NCBI GenBank assembly: GCA_013239625.1
Contig: MU055783.1
Span: forward strand, 12,559,202-12,623,201
Direction: 5' to 3'
Source of the DNA: Lama guanicoe
Taxonomy: Eukaryota
DNA: 64,000 bases
The translations under genes and the position numbers were made by a program. Within the stretch, counting starts at the first letter, position 1, and each line of letters opens with the position of its first letter. Under the pieces are notes generated by a model that was not told where the DNA came from, did no database searches, and saw nothing but the letters and a program-made list of their open reading frames with translations. This document shows, one piece after another, positions 51,350 to 63,689 of this stretch.

Positions 51350-51714
51350 AGCTACAGACAGAATTTTGTCCCCCTGCAAATTCATATGTTGAAACCCTAA
51401 ACCACAATGTACTGGTATTTGGAGGTGGGCTCTTTGGGAGACAGTTAGGTAGATGAGATCCTGAGGGTACGTGGGGCCCTCAGGATAAGATGAATGCCTT
51501 TATGAGAAAAAGCAGAGAGCTTGCTTTCCCTCTGTCCCCACCATAGAAGGACACAGCAGGAAGGTGGCTAGTCAGGAAGAGAACCCTTACCAGAATCTGA
51601 CCATAGTCTTGGTCTTGGATTTGTAGCCTCCAGAACTGTGAGAAAATAAGTTTCTGTCGCTTAAGCCACCCATTCTATGGTATTTTGTTATGGTATACCC
51701 ACTTGACTAAGACA
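51350..51714 (+). mobile_element. MaLR solo LTR (MLT1A-like)
   Basis: caaattcatatgttgaaaccctaa...gcctccagaactgtgagaaaataag...ttaagccaccc...tatggtattttgttatgg...gactaagaca; 4/5 TSD agagg/agaga. Confidence 0.9.
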
Positions 51715-52494
51715 AGAGAAATAAGGTTTGGAATGCTGAAACTAAAATCAATCAGAAAAATCCCCCTTCCTGGCATTTTCCCTAGTACATTCATGCACAT
51801 TCGTATTTTGAACTGTCTCTTCTCAGCTAGCTGTATCAGGACTGAAGGAATCAATCAGTCATTTCTTTCCTAGGTGATTGAGTAAAATGTTATCAAAATA
51901 TCACTGAAACCTAAGTCCTGGAAGTGTTAGATCTCAAACTCAAGATTTTGCAGCCTAGAAGAGGAGAAGTTAACAGCATCATATATAGTTTACTAGATGG
52001 TTTATCAAGGAAAATGCAGTTGTGTGAGCACTCGCAATGACCAAATTTATCATTCTGTGGTTATGTGTGGGCTGAAGGAGTGAATACAAGGATTAAGTAA
52101 GGTAATGATAATAGTAATGAGTAACTGCAGGAGACCCCGAGCATACTTCTTACTTGATGTAGTGGGGAATAAAGAAAAAAAATAGAAAATTTTAGCAATA
52201 TAAAACCATGCTCTGAAATCATTCAGTTTTAGACGACATAATTAAACAGAGGTGAAGAATGCAGAAAGTGTCCACACCTAGAAGATAGTATTCAGATAAG
52301 TACCTTCAACTCAAATCGTAAAATAAGGAAGTAATACCCATTAGGTATACTGGTGGGCATCAAGGAAAGGTACAGAACAAATCTAACTTGATTTGTTACA
52401 GAACAACCTGGGTTAATTTAAAAGCAAATCTTGGAGAGATACTAAAGATATTAATGCATTCCACCCACTAAATGGCAACCCATCAACTATCAAA

Positions 52495-52915
52495 ATTGAA
52501 GGAAATTTTAACTATTAAATTGTGATGAATAAGGCATAACACAACGTGATCACGTGTAATGAGAGAGATCCCTGCTAGAGAGTATTGTGGTAGCAGAAAG
52601 AGGGGGTTTCTAATCAAGAAAAGGGAAAATCAAGGGAGGCAGGAGAAGGTCAGAGACTTCCCCAGGGGAGGTGATTTCTAGGCTGAGACTTAAACATCTC
52701 AAAAGCTAGCAAAGTGAAAAACTAGGTAAGGGTATTTTAGAGGGGGAAAAACAGCATAAGCAAAGACAGATGGACGAAACATCATTTTAAATGAGGAACT
52801 AAAGACAGTTTGAGGAGACGAGAGGCTAACATGTGAAGCTGGGAGAAGGTGGGATGAGGCTTGAGAAGCAGGCAGGTCTTGGGGGTCAGCCATACCATGT
52901 TAAGGAGCCTGAACT
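52495..52915 (-). mobile_element. L2 fragment
   Basis: aaggtcagagacttccccagggggaggtgatttctaggctgagactt...aacagcataagcaaagacaga...ccatgttaaggagc. Confidence 0.7.
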
Positions 52916-53456
52916 AATTAGTACCGTCACACATTCTGCTCTCTCAGATAGAATGCCCTCCTCTACCTTTTCTGTTTAAGCATATTTAAAAATCAGATCA
53001 AATTCCATCACCTCCATGAAACTTTCTTATGAATCAAGTTGACACCAATTGCTCCTTTTCTGATCTGTACCTGTTTCCCGTATTGTATGATTAGCACCTT
53101 ATTGTGTATGTTGCGCTGTTCTTATTATCTATTCACATAATTTTGTACCTTAGTTCATCACTATATAATGCTGCCATAAAAGTTATTTTTATTAAAAAGA
53201 TAAATAATGCATATCAAACAGAAAAGGAGATATCAGAGACATATACCAGGATAGCAATATTAATGTTTCCATCGTACAATTATAATCTGGCTGTAACAAG
53301 AGAGGATAGAAAAGCAGTATCTGTTTTTACTGTCTCCAGCAGGATAACTTTTAAACCCAAATTCTTCCAAGTCCAGGCTTAGCCCTGACAGAGCCAACAA
53401 CAACTAACTAAAGTGGCCCTTTGGAGATGAAGCTGTCCCTGTTTCCTTTCCTCCTT

Positions 53457-53795
53457 TGCTCTGGTCTGAATGTGTCCCCCCAAAATTCATATGACAAATT
53501 CTAGCACACGATGTGATAGTATTAGGAAGTAGAACATTTGGGAGGTTATTAGTTCAGGAGGGTGGAGCCCTCTTGGAAAGGCTTAGCCCTTATTTAAGAG
53601 GCTTCCTTGAGATTCTTACTCTGTTCCACCATGTGGAGATATAGTGAGGAGTCTGCAACCCAGAGCAGGCCTTCACTCAACCGTACCAGCACCCTAATCT
53701 CAGGCTTCCAGCCTCCAGAACCATAAGAAATAAAACTTGGTTCTTTATTAGCTATGTGTGGTATTTTGTTACAGCAGACCAAGCAGACTAAGACA
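53457..53795 (+). mobile_element. MaLR solo LTR (MLT1A-like)
   Basis: tgctctggtctgaatgtgtccccccaaaattcatatg...cttccagcctccagaacc...tggtattttgttacagcag...gactaagaca. Confidence 0.9.
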
Positions 53796-54444
53796 CCTCT
53801 TGGGAGTTGTCGGCCACCTGTGTCCTCCCTTTATGGCACTGGTTGTTCTTCGTCAGGACTGCGGGGCATGGTGTCCCCTCAACGTATCACATTATTCTTT
53901 TGTCCCCAGGACTAACCCCACGGCTCCTATGGTTCTGATATTCAAGTCATCATCCCCAAGGCAATGAATTCTTTTCTCAACGAGAAATAAAGGGGTTTCC
54001 CTAACATTACTGTGACTTATATCAGACTCCAAGCAAAAATGCTTCATTCTTTTAGATTCTTATCATTCCCCTAGTGTTGCACAGTAGCTGATTGCCTTGT
54101 CTTTGTCATTTCTCAGTTACTTGTTTCTCTTGTGGAGAAAGGCATGTTTCCTGAGGAATTAGATCAAAGGCAAAACAAGACTCTAAGAGAGTGACCCTCA
54201 AAATTATCTTCCTCTAGTCTCAAAGTTCCCTGAACCATTCTACTTATGGTGAACTCTGTTCTAGCAAAGTATGCTTACCTCCTACCTGGTATATTACAAA
54301 AACATGGCAGTTTTTTTTTTTACCTGAAATGTTCATGTCTCAGTCCTGAGACTAACCAGTGGGTCTATCCTGACCAATCATTCTACCTTCGTCGATGTCC
54401 ATCAGGACTTTAGGGGGCAGAAGAAATTAATGGTTAACATCATT

Positions 54445-54650
54445 CTTTGAAGTATAAAAGATATAGTTTCAAATCCTTTTTCCGTTACTAGTTGTGTGAA
54501 CTTTGAGCAAGTTACTGAATCTTTCTAAGTCTCGATTTTCTTACTTGTAAAATCAGGATGCTATCAAAGGTTGGTGAGAGGAATAATGAAATGATACCCA
54601 TAACTTAGCCTGGCACAAGACACAGTAAGAACTCAGCACACATTAATATG
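54445..54650 (+). mobile_element. MIR SINE
   Basis: gttactagttgtgtgaactttgagcaagttactgaatctttctaagtctcgattttcttacttgtaaaatcagg. Confidence 0.8.
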
Positions 54651-56574
54651 AGGATGATGATAATGATCTGAATATGGCACAGTTGGCTCACCTTGTCATG
54701 TATACAGTCCTATAAAGACCTCATAGAACAGACCCCCTTTGATCATCCTGATGTTCAGCAAGTATATTTAATAAGGAGAAGAGTAGGATTGGTATCTAAT
54801 ATAACATTGTAAATAATTCCTATGTTGTGATAAAAATTTAAATGCAGTAATCATAAATAAAATCCACTTTATATAATATACATAACATAAAGAGTTTTGT
54901 GAGCTAAAATCTATAAAAAGCATTACAAATATTGTGATATGTAACATATGGAAGATGCAAACCACTATTACAAGAAAGTTAAATTAAGTAAGAAAATATA
55001 AGAATATATTTCATTTTTAATGTGAAGTTGCTTAACACATCCCATAGGGAAAGAGATGAAATATTTTTTCATATAAGTGTACTTAAGTATTTCAGAAAAC
55101 TTCATCACCAGGAGGTTACAAATGTTTCAGTGAAATAGAATCCGCTGGTATTCTCTCTGAGCACAATATGAAAGAGGGACAAATAACAGGTAAATTGAGG
55201 ACAAATCTTTATCTTTAGTGTTTCTACAGATAGATTGAAAAATGAGATTGCCCAGAATTTTAGGCACATACACTCAAATGAAACATCTTATCACCCATCA
55301 CTCCATATTGAACAAGAAGTCTTGAAATCGAGCCAGACAGAAACTGTGAAACTATTGACAGTTGTCCCTGTAGCATCTCATATTGGCCAGTAGCCATCAT
55401 TACGTACGACAGAGTTACCGTGGCTGGAGATGACTCTCCCTTATGCCTTACCAATTCCTGAGTTACAAATGTGATATGATGGACTGCCGATGACGCTTAC
55501 ATTCCCTACGTCTCTTGGGAAACAATAAGAACAATAAAATAAAAAGTTATAACCATTTTAAAAATTGGTCATAACTATTACATTTTACAAAAGAATAGTA
55601 TATAATGGGATACTGATTCCACAACCAAAACTCAACCTTCCATTATGTTCACATCTTCTGGATTTGTCTGAATTAGGTTCATCTAATCTGTATTTTGAAA
55701 ATACATAATCCACAGAGGTTGCTGTTCAGAAAATAAGCATATGTTTTTCTAGCAGTTTATGGAAGGAAATAGACCTTGGAAGAGAATCACATTTCAGGAT
55801 TAGCAGATAGAAAGTTTACTTTTATGGGGGGGTGGGGGGTGGGTTTCCAAGGTTGACTCCTCGTAATTCAGAGCAGTAGGAGTGACTGTCATTTTCTGTT
55901 CTAAGCGTTAGTACACGTACTGTACAAGTATGACACCCATCATCTCACTGTCACTGTTGGAAGACTGTAGGAGTATTTGAAAAAAACTCATCTCATGAGA
56001 GCAGGTGCTGTTGTACGTAATAATATAATTTGATGCTTGACCAGCCTCTTGGGCAATATTCATTTTTCTCCTTTCCCATTTTATTCAACAGTATTTGTTT
56101 TCATCCGTCTATGTTTCTTCTTGCATATAAATAATTCAGTGATTAGTACCAGGCAAATGTAAATTATAGGACTAAAAGGTAATTCTATTTAATTATTTAT
56201 ATATGCACAAAAAAATGGTATTGTCAAGCACTCTCCCTCAGGAAGCACAATGTGAAATCTGAATGAGTTGGGAATAAATCCAGTCTAAATTTTCATTTAC
56301 ATAAATCTTAAAAGAACCAGATGCCTGAAATCTTGCTCACCATTTTTTTTTGTATTTCCTTTCAACTTTTATAATACATGATCTCTTCTAAACACAGTAA
56401 AAACAACGATGACAACATCAATAACCACCACTTTAAATTAATAAGATCATTTTTTTCATGTCAACACACTCTAAGCCATTTGAAAGGCAGAAGCGCCCTA
56501 TGGAAAAAATAAGTGTTTCATAATACCAGAGTGAAAGTATATTAAAACTCATAAGTCAACATGATATTAAAGAA

Positions 56575-56700
56575 AGGGAATGTGGATTTTAGAATCGGAC
56601 ATATCTAACCAGGTTGGAATCCCAGCTCTGACACTTATTATGTGATTCTGAGAAAGTTAATATTTTTGAGTTTCAATTTTTTATCAGAAAAAAAGATATA
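56575..56700 (+). mobile_element. MIR SINE, 5' part (split by L1; resumes about 57255-57330)
   Basis: ggttggaatcccagctctgacacttattatgtgattctgagaaagtt; downstream gagttgtaagattcaactggataaaatatgaagcacc. Confidence 0.65.
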
Positions 56701-56707
56701 AAAGCAC

Positions 56708-57256
56708 TTGCCTCCAGCAATTTCAGTTCTAGGCATATACTCAAAAGAATTGAAAGCAGGGACTCAGATGCTTGTACAGTAATGTTCATAGCAACNNNNN
56801 NNNNNNNNNNNNNNNNNNNNNNNNNNNNNNNNNNNNNNNNNNNNNNNNNNNNNNNNNNNNNNNNNNNNNNNNNNNNNNNNNNNNNNNNNNNNNNNNNNNN
56901 NNNNNNNNNNNNNNNNNNNNNNNNNATGACATGAGTGAAACTTGAAACCATCATACAAATTTAAATAAGCCAAACACATACTGCATGATTCCACTTTAAT
57001 GAGGTACCTAGAATAGGTAAATTCATAGAGACAGGAAACAGAACAGGGGCCAAGTTGGGGGTGGTGAATGGGGAGTTATTGCTTAATGGGTACAGAGTTT
57101 TTGTTTGGGATGATGAAAAAGTTCTGGAAATGGATAATGGTGATGGTGGTACAAAACTGCAAATATACTTAGTACCATTGAATTGTACACTTAAAATGGT
57201 TACAATGGTAAATTTCATATATATCTATATCTATATCTTTCTCTACAATTAGAAAA
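56708..57256 (+). mobile_element. L1MB-like ORF2 end and 3' UTR, with internal N run
   Basis: ccagcaatttcagttctaggcatatactcaaaagaattgaaagcagggactca; tgaggtacctagaatagg; ttgggatgatgaaaaagttctggaaatggataatggtgatgg. Confidence 0.9.
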
Positions 57257-57925
57257 ACTCTTGCCTTGTGGAGTTGTAAGATTCAACTGGATAAAATATG
57301 AAGCACCAACAGGCATCTGACAAATGCAATTCTCAACTCACCCCAACTCCTCTTCTCTAACGTTTCAGAGAACAGTGCACATATTTTAAGCCTGTGCCAT
57401 GTTAATTCACAATGGCAAGAAGAGGGCGAGAGGAGCCATGGGAGTCAAAGCATATTGCCTTGATGAGAAACATAAGTCCAAATCTTTTGACCAGGAAACT
57501 CCTGGACTCTTCATGGGCCTTTTCATTCCATTAAAGGTGCTCTCCAACTTCTCAATGCTCTATTATAAAATTATGTGAGTACTAGTTAAGGTTGTCTCCC
57601 TTTTCAGAGAATGTATTTTTCTTATCCCTTTGGAACAATACTTGAAATAAATAGGAGTCACTTATCCTTATAGATTACTAATTTTTAATGAGCATGAAAT
57701 GTATAAAGCATTGCAGGAGATCCCAAGAATTAAAACACTAGGTGCCTAACCCCAGGAAATGAGGTAAAGAAAAGAGATGGATGTAGCAGATTGCTTTCTA
57801 GAGCCTGGACGTTCCTGTTCTCCAGAAGGTTCCCATATTATGATGGGCATTTTTGTTGCTTCTATTGTCACCGATCCTCATTTTCATTTCTTCTCTAGCT
57901 TCTTCTATAGCCCTAACTGCTCCCT

Positions 57926-58108
57926 GATATATGTACGTCTATGAGTGTTTATGTGTATACGTCTATATATATGCAGGTCTTTGTGTGTGTATATATGTGG
58001 ACACACATAAACACCCACAGACAAATATATACCAGCATACACATACATATATATTTGTTTCTGTTTGTATACACATAAGTGCACACACACACGCGCACAC
58101 ACACACAG
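57926..58108. repeat. Compound (TA/TG/CA) low-complexity repeat
   Basis: Alternating purine-pyrimidine tracts; explains ORFs 57905-58317. Confidence 0.8.
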
Positions 58109-58289
58109 GGAAGGGAGAAAGAAAGAAGGAGGAGAAAGATCACTTGCAGATACCTCTACTACCCTCTCTAATTACTACTCTCTGCTGTCTTTGTTTCACT
58201 TGGAAACTGAGTAATAGCCTAATTTTCTCAAATTTTTCATGTTCATCAATCCATTTGTACGGAATCCCAAAGTACAGCGGCCTTTTCCT

Positions 58290-59350
58290 AACTTCTTTGC
58301 CAAGAAGTTTCTGCTAGATTTGACAACACTACTTAACCCATTGTTTTTGAAGTCCCCTCAACCCTTGGTGTCTCTGCCACAAACAACCTGATTCCTACTC
58401 TCCCTCTTCATCTCAGTCAGCTCCTCCGTGCACCACTCCACTTTTTTCTTCTCCATCTAAATGGTGGGGTTCCCAGGACTCAATGCAGTATCCTATCTCC
58501 TTGTCCCTTTACAGTCTTGCCCTTGAAAAGCCAGGATACTACTACCTTCCATACTACACCTCCATTTATAGCCTTTGATCTGATCCTTAAAACGCTTTTT
58601 TTTCAGAAACGTAATGGGTATTTTCATTTACATGCCTTGTTTTCATCAAAAACTCCACATTTTCAAAATACAATTCATTAGGTTTCCCTGCCTCTTTCCT
58701 TAAAATTCATCGCTGTAACTTTTTCACTGACCCAACTATTTGCCCAGGAAATTAGGCTCAATATCATTGACTCACCTCTGATTTATCTACTGTTTGTCCT
58801 TTCAACATATCCGTAAACTTTCCCTAAATTTGAACTGATACCACCCTCACCCAGGTCCTCACCATGCCATTACTTCAATGGCCTTAGGTTAGCTTCCCTG
58901 ATTTCAGTCTTTCTTACAAACTGCTGGAAGATCAACCTTTAATAGCAATATTGCCTTGAAATGTATAAACCCTATTTTAAAATAAAATCATTATGAACAA
59001 CAGAAACCTTTCATGAAATCTCAGATACGTCCATTATTCCTTACTGCCTACTAAATCAAATCTAAACTTTTGTATTTGGATTTGAGGCTCTTTGTAATCT
59101 GAAACCACTCTTTCCTAGTTAACCTACTGTCCCCCAGGATGTATTCTGTATTCCCTTATCCAGTTAATCACCTTACTGTCCACTCACTTGTTGGCCACAC
59201 TCACTTTTTCCTATTAATCTCCCCCTGTCTTCCTCTACCTAGAGCAATTTACCATCCCTCTAGATCCTGCCAAAAGCAATCTCTTCTGTAGAATATCCAA
59301 GCCAATATTCCAACCCAAAGACATATTCCTTTATCTAACTTCTTTGCCTC
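58290..59350 (+). mobile_element. L2 fragment (degenerate)
   Basis: atttgacaacact...ctaaatggtggggttcccaggactca...catcaaaaactccacat...ctaaatcaaatctaaact. Confidence 0.55.
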
Positions 59351-59592
59351 TATGGTGTAATTCAGCACTTAATGATAACCTCTAAAATCATTTGTCCTTA
59401 ATTCATTAGTCTCCATTTTGATGTAGTTAGGAATTCGCCTGACTAAAGTTTAAATGTTTGCTTTGCTATCTACTAGATGCATGGCTTGCAAACATTTGTA
59501 CACCTCTATAAGTATAGCTTGAGTTTCTTCAGAGGAATATAGATAACATTTTCCTGGTGTTAACAGGAATTGTAGATGAAATAACATAGTAG

Positions 59593-60030
59593 TGTATTAG
59601 TTTATTATTGCTGCAATAACAACTACCTCAAATTTAGTGCTTAAAACAATATAAATTTATTATTTTACAGTTCAGGAGATCACAAGCTTAAAATGGGTAG
59701 GCAGACTTGTGTTTCCTGTGGAAGGTCAAAGGTAGAAATAATTTCTTTGTCTTTTCTAGCCTCTAGAGGCTGCCCATTTTCCTAAGCTTATGGTCCTATA
59801 TCATTCCAACCTCTGCTTCTATAATCACATCTCCTCTCTGATTCTCCTGCATCCTGCTCTCACTGACAAGGACCCTTTGATTACACTGAGCCCCCTGAAT
59901 ATTCCAGGATAATCTCCTTAGCTCGAGATGCTTAGCCCAATGACATCTGCATGTCAGTCTCTTTTACCATGTAAGGTAGTATGCTCACAGGTTCTGAGGA
60001 TTAGGGCATATATATCTTCAGTCTACTGAA
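59593..60030 (-). mobile_element. MaLR solo LTR (MLT1C-like)
   Basis: tgtattagttt...tgctgcaataaca...cttaaaacaa...ttttctagcctctagaggctgcc...aggaccctttgattacactgagccc...ccaggataatctcc...caggttctgaggattagg. Confidence 0.9.
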
Positions 60031-61049
60031 CGCAGGTTACACAATAACTGTTGGTTCCATTTTTCTTATCCCCAATATTATGAGTTATATGAAAGCAAAG
60101 ACCAAGTCTCAGTCTCCTTCTGTATAACCGTCCCAGTGTCTATCATGGTGCAAAGCTAAGGGCAGATGTTGAATATAATGATGTTAATTTTGATCAAACT
60201 CCATACATACCAGATTAGGCAGGAATGAATTATTCCCTCCTGTCTGTATTACACATCCCACTTTGTAGAACTATCATAAACAGACCCTAAAGGCCAATAC
60301 AGAAAAGAGTGATATTATATCCCAGTTCATTCCCAGTAGGGGTCATCCAAGAGGTTTAATTTTGCTCCCACACCTACAATAATATTTTTCTCTCATTTGC
60401 TTGGGTTACTTAACCTAATTTCCCAGAATTGTCTTTCATAAAAACCATATAGTTCACAATCTACAGTTTCTTATCCAACTAGGGATTTGATAGAGAATAC
60501 ATAAGATATTTATTTCCTCATGTGAAAAGAGATGTCATATTACAGATTTCCTATAAATGAACATTGTAGAAAACCCATCTCTAATGACAAATGATTCTTT
60601 AAGGGAATAAGTTCTCTGTCTTGTTTTGTTTTTAAGCTTCACTAGGTGGTACACAGCGCTGCAGCTCCTCTCCTACGAAGAAATAAAACCTTGTCTTCAG
60701 TTCCAGTTGAACAGTGAAACAGTGGTACTCTTCTTAGGAGATATATGAACACAAAATTCTGCACCTCAAAGTAGGAACCCTCTGGGTTAGAATTTAGGGT
60801 TTTTTTCTTTAAAAAAAAGTTTTAATGTTACACATTTTCCTAAGTAATTTCAAGCCTCCTTTGCTGTGAGTTGAGTTTTTATATGGTATCCTCACTAAAG
60901 CAGTCTTCACTGTCACATCAACTTAGCTGTCAGAGCTCAAAAATGAAACATGAAAAATGCCTCTCAGCTTCAATGTGTGTAGAACATGAATGCACACACA
61001 AACACACCACACATGTGCATGCACACATACAAGAGTACTATGAATCAAA

Positions 61050-61440
61050 ACAGATACAGGTGATCCCACTTATGTGTAGAATATAAAAAAGTCAAACACA
61101 TAGAAGCAAAGGGTAGAACCATGGTAACTGGTGGGGAAGTGCGGGGGAGGACATGGGAAGATGTTGGTCAAAACTTACTGAGTTGAGTTCTGTAGAATAA
61201 ATAAATCTAGAGAACTAATGCACAGCATGATGACTAGAGTTAATAATACTGTATTCAATACTGGGAATTTGCTAAGAGAGTAGATTGCTCTTATCACCCC
61301 TACCCCACCAAAAAAAGATAACTATGTAAGGAGATGGATACGTTCATTAGCTTGACAGTAGTAGTAATCATTTCACTATGTACATGTGTCAAATCATGTT
61401 GTACACCCTAAATATACACAAATTTTATTAGAAAGAAAAG
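61050..61440 (+). mobile_element. L1MA/L1MB-type 3' UTR
   Basis: cacttatgtgtagaat...agatgttggtcaaa...aataaatctagagaactaatgcacagcatgatgactagagttaataatactgtatt...ttgctaagagagtagat...tgtacacccta. Confidence 0.85.
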
Positions 61441-63214
61441 AGATGCAGGGAGCATGAGTCTTAGATCAGTCACCAAAATAACAGACATGGGTCCATTTAA
61501 AAATAGGGACTCAAACCTCATCATTTGACTCTCTGCCACACTCAAGCCCAGAAAGTCTTTCAGTGGCAGAAATGTCCCGATGCCCAAAGAATTGAACGTT
61601 CATAGATTAGCTGAAGATAATGTGCCATACTTTGACCTTCATAGACTTTACTTGATTGAGTCCCATTTCTGTTGTTTTAATGTACTCTTCTGAATAGAAT
61701 TAATTGTTCAGTTGTCCAAGTACTAAAACTCTTTATTTGACCAGCATTTTTATCTAGTGTCTCTACTTCCTATTACCCAGTGCAATTATCCCCTAGGGAA
61801 GGTAGCACCAAGGCTTCAGTGGTTTCACAAACAACACAGGAACGTTTATTACCAAGCTTTGTGAACAGACTAAGATGCTGGATTGCACAGAACTCTCCTC
61901 CCTTTTCTCTACTGGAGAAAAACTCCGGGCTTGATATAACGTTAAATCTTCCCATGATATGAAAGCCTTCTTTTTCTTATCCTCCTACATTTGAAGAATA
62001 TTCTATATTATATAAAGTATATTATACAAAAACAACATACATAATATAAAATTCTAGAAAAGTTAAAGCAGGTTACAGAAGCCCCAACCATCTCGATCTG
62101 GAGAAAGTCAACATCACACAGTATAAAATGAAACAATCCCTTTCACAACATCCATCCTTCCCATAAATTTATGCTTTTTCTATAATTGCCATATAATTTT
62201 AAATTTTTTAAATAAATCATCATTCCAACTTATTTAAAAAATAAACAGAAGCACCTGCTATGAGAAAGGCCTTTGTAAGTTGTATGAGACATTTAGATCT
62301 GAACATGAACTCTGTCTACAAAGAGCTGTATATAAAAATAGAGTGGAAGAAGAGAATTCATAAACTTGTATTTTAGAATTCTGTTTCTTTGTTGACTGAA
62401 TTCCACTTGGAAGAATTACACCCAATATATACACAAGGTAGTTTCTGGGAAAGACAGAAAGGTTAAGTCAATTTTACCAGCCCTATAAATGATGAAATAA
62501 CACACAGGTACCAATCAAGAGCAGACTAAATATATTCCCTTACATTTTCCTGCTGAATTTCCATTTAAAGTACAAGAGAAAATGTATCTATCCACAAAGG
62601 AATTCAGTCGTAAAGGAAAAATACAGTACCTTTGTGGAGAACACAGCGTTATGAAATATCTGACCCCCACATCTGTGATCTCATAAATCAGGAAAATGTT
62701 GAGGACAGAAGAATTCCTGCTGGGAAGAAGAAAAGGGGTTGGAACACTCTGCCTCCCCCAGTGTGGCTGCACTCCTCCTAGGGGCCAGGAGGTCTTCTAC
62801 AGCAGGGGTCCACACCTGCCGGACTTCTGCTGACTCATTTCTTCAGAGCCATCATCCATGAAATTTACTATAAATGCAGCAAAAGGAAAAGGCAGGAAAG
62901 GAGTTTTTAAGTCTCATTTTAAGTAAATGTTTCCGAAGAGAAAAGTGAGCTGTTCCATCCCCCACCTCTCTCTTTCTCTGTGTCTCCTTCTCTCCCTTCC
63001 TCCCTCGTTTCTCTGTCTACTTATGTATTTCATAAACCTATTTTTTTCCCTGAAGCTGAAGAATTTAAAAGCCAGACAGCCACACAAAAGGTCATAAAAA
63101 CGATACCTTCCTATAAACCACGTGCTTGTTTGATGCTCCCATGTCTCTTCCTTTTTAAGAAGCTCATGAAACACTGATTGAATGGAAGGTATATGGGAAA
63201 AGAAATAGAACCAC

Positions 63215-63460
63215 ATAGTTAGTGTTTAAGTGGACTTTCAAATGCACAGGACAGGTCAGGGCTTACATTTCTATTCTGATAACTTAATAGTCATGTGTAC
63301 TTAAGCTAGTTATTTCTCGTCTATAAACCTCAGATTTCTTTTGGGTAAAACAAAGATAATAATACTCAATTTATAAAATTATTGTGAGTTAAGCCGAGAT
63401 GGAGCTGTCACAGCATCTAGAGTCTACTACCTAGCATGGAGTAAGTGCTCAGTAAACAAG
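63215..63460 (+). mobile_element. MIR SINE
   Basis: tagtgtttaagtggactttcaa...aacctcagatttcttttgggtaaaacaaagataataatact...gtaagtgctcagtaaa. Confidence 0.75.
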
Positions 63461-63689
63461 GGAATAAATGAGCAAATATAACATGGGTAAGAGTTCTAAA
63501 ATCTGTTCATTCCCTCTTCTGCCTTAGCGAGTAGAAGGCATTTGTGATCTACCAAGTTTTCAGAGTTATCAAACTAAGCCAGATCTACAAGTGTAAAAGG
63601 ATTAGACCCCAGACCGAATATCTAGGCAGAATCTACCCTTCTTTCTTCTTTCCCTCATCTCTCCTTCCTTTTTTCCTTTCTTCTTTTGT

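Noticed and set aside
57905-58317. Cys/Val/Tyr/His-rich ORFs
   Set aside because: Translation of the TA/TG/CA microsatellite
60639-60653. CTCF-like tcactaggtggtac (and similar words near 32424 and 45880)
   Set aside because: Mismatches at key positions; expected by chance in 64 kb
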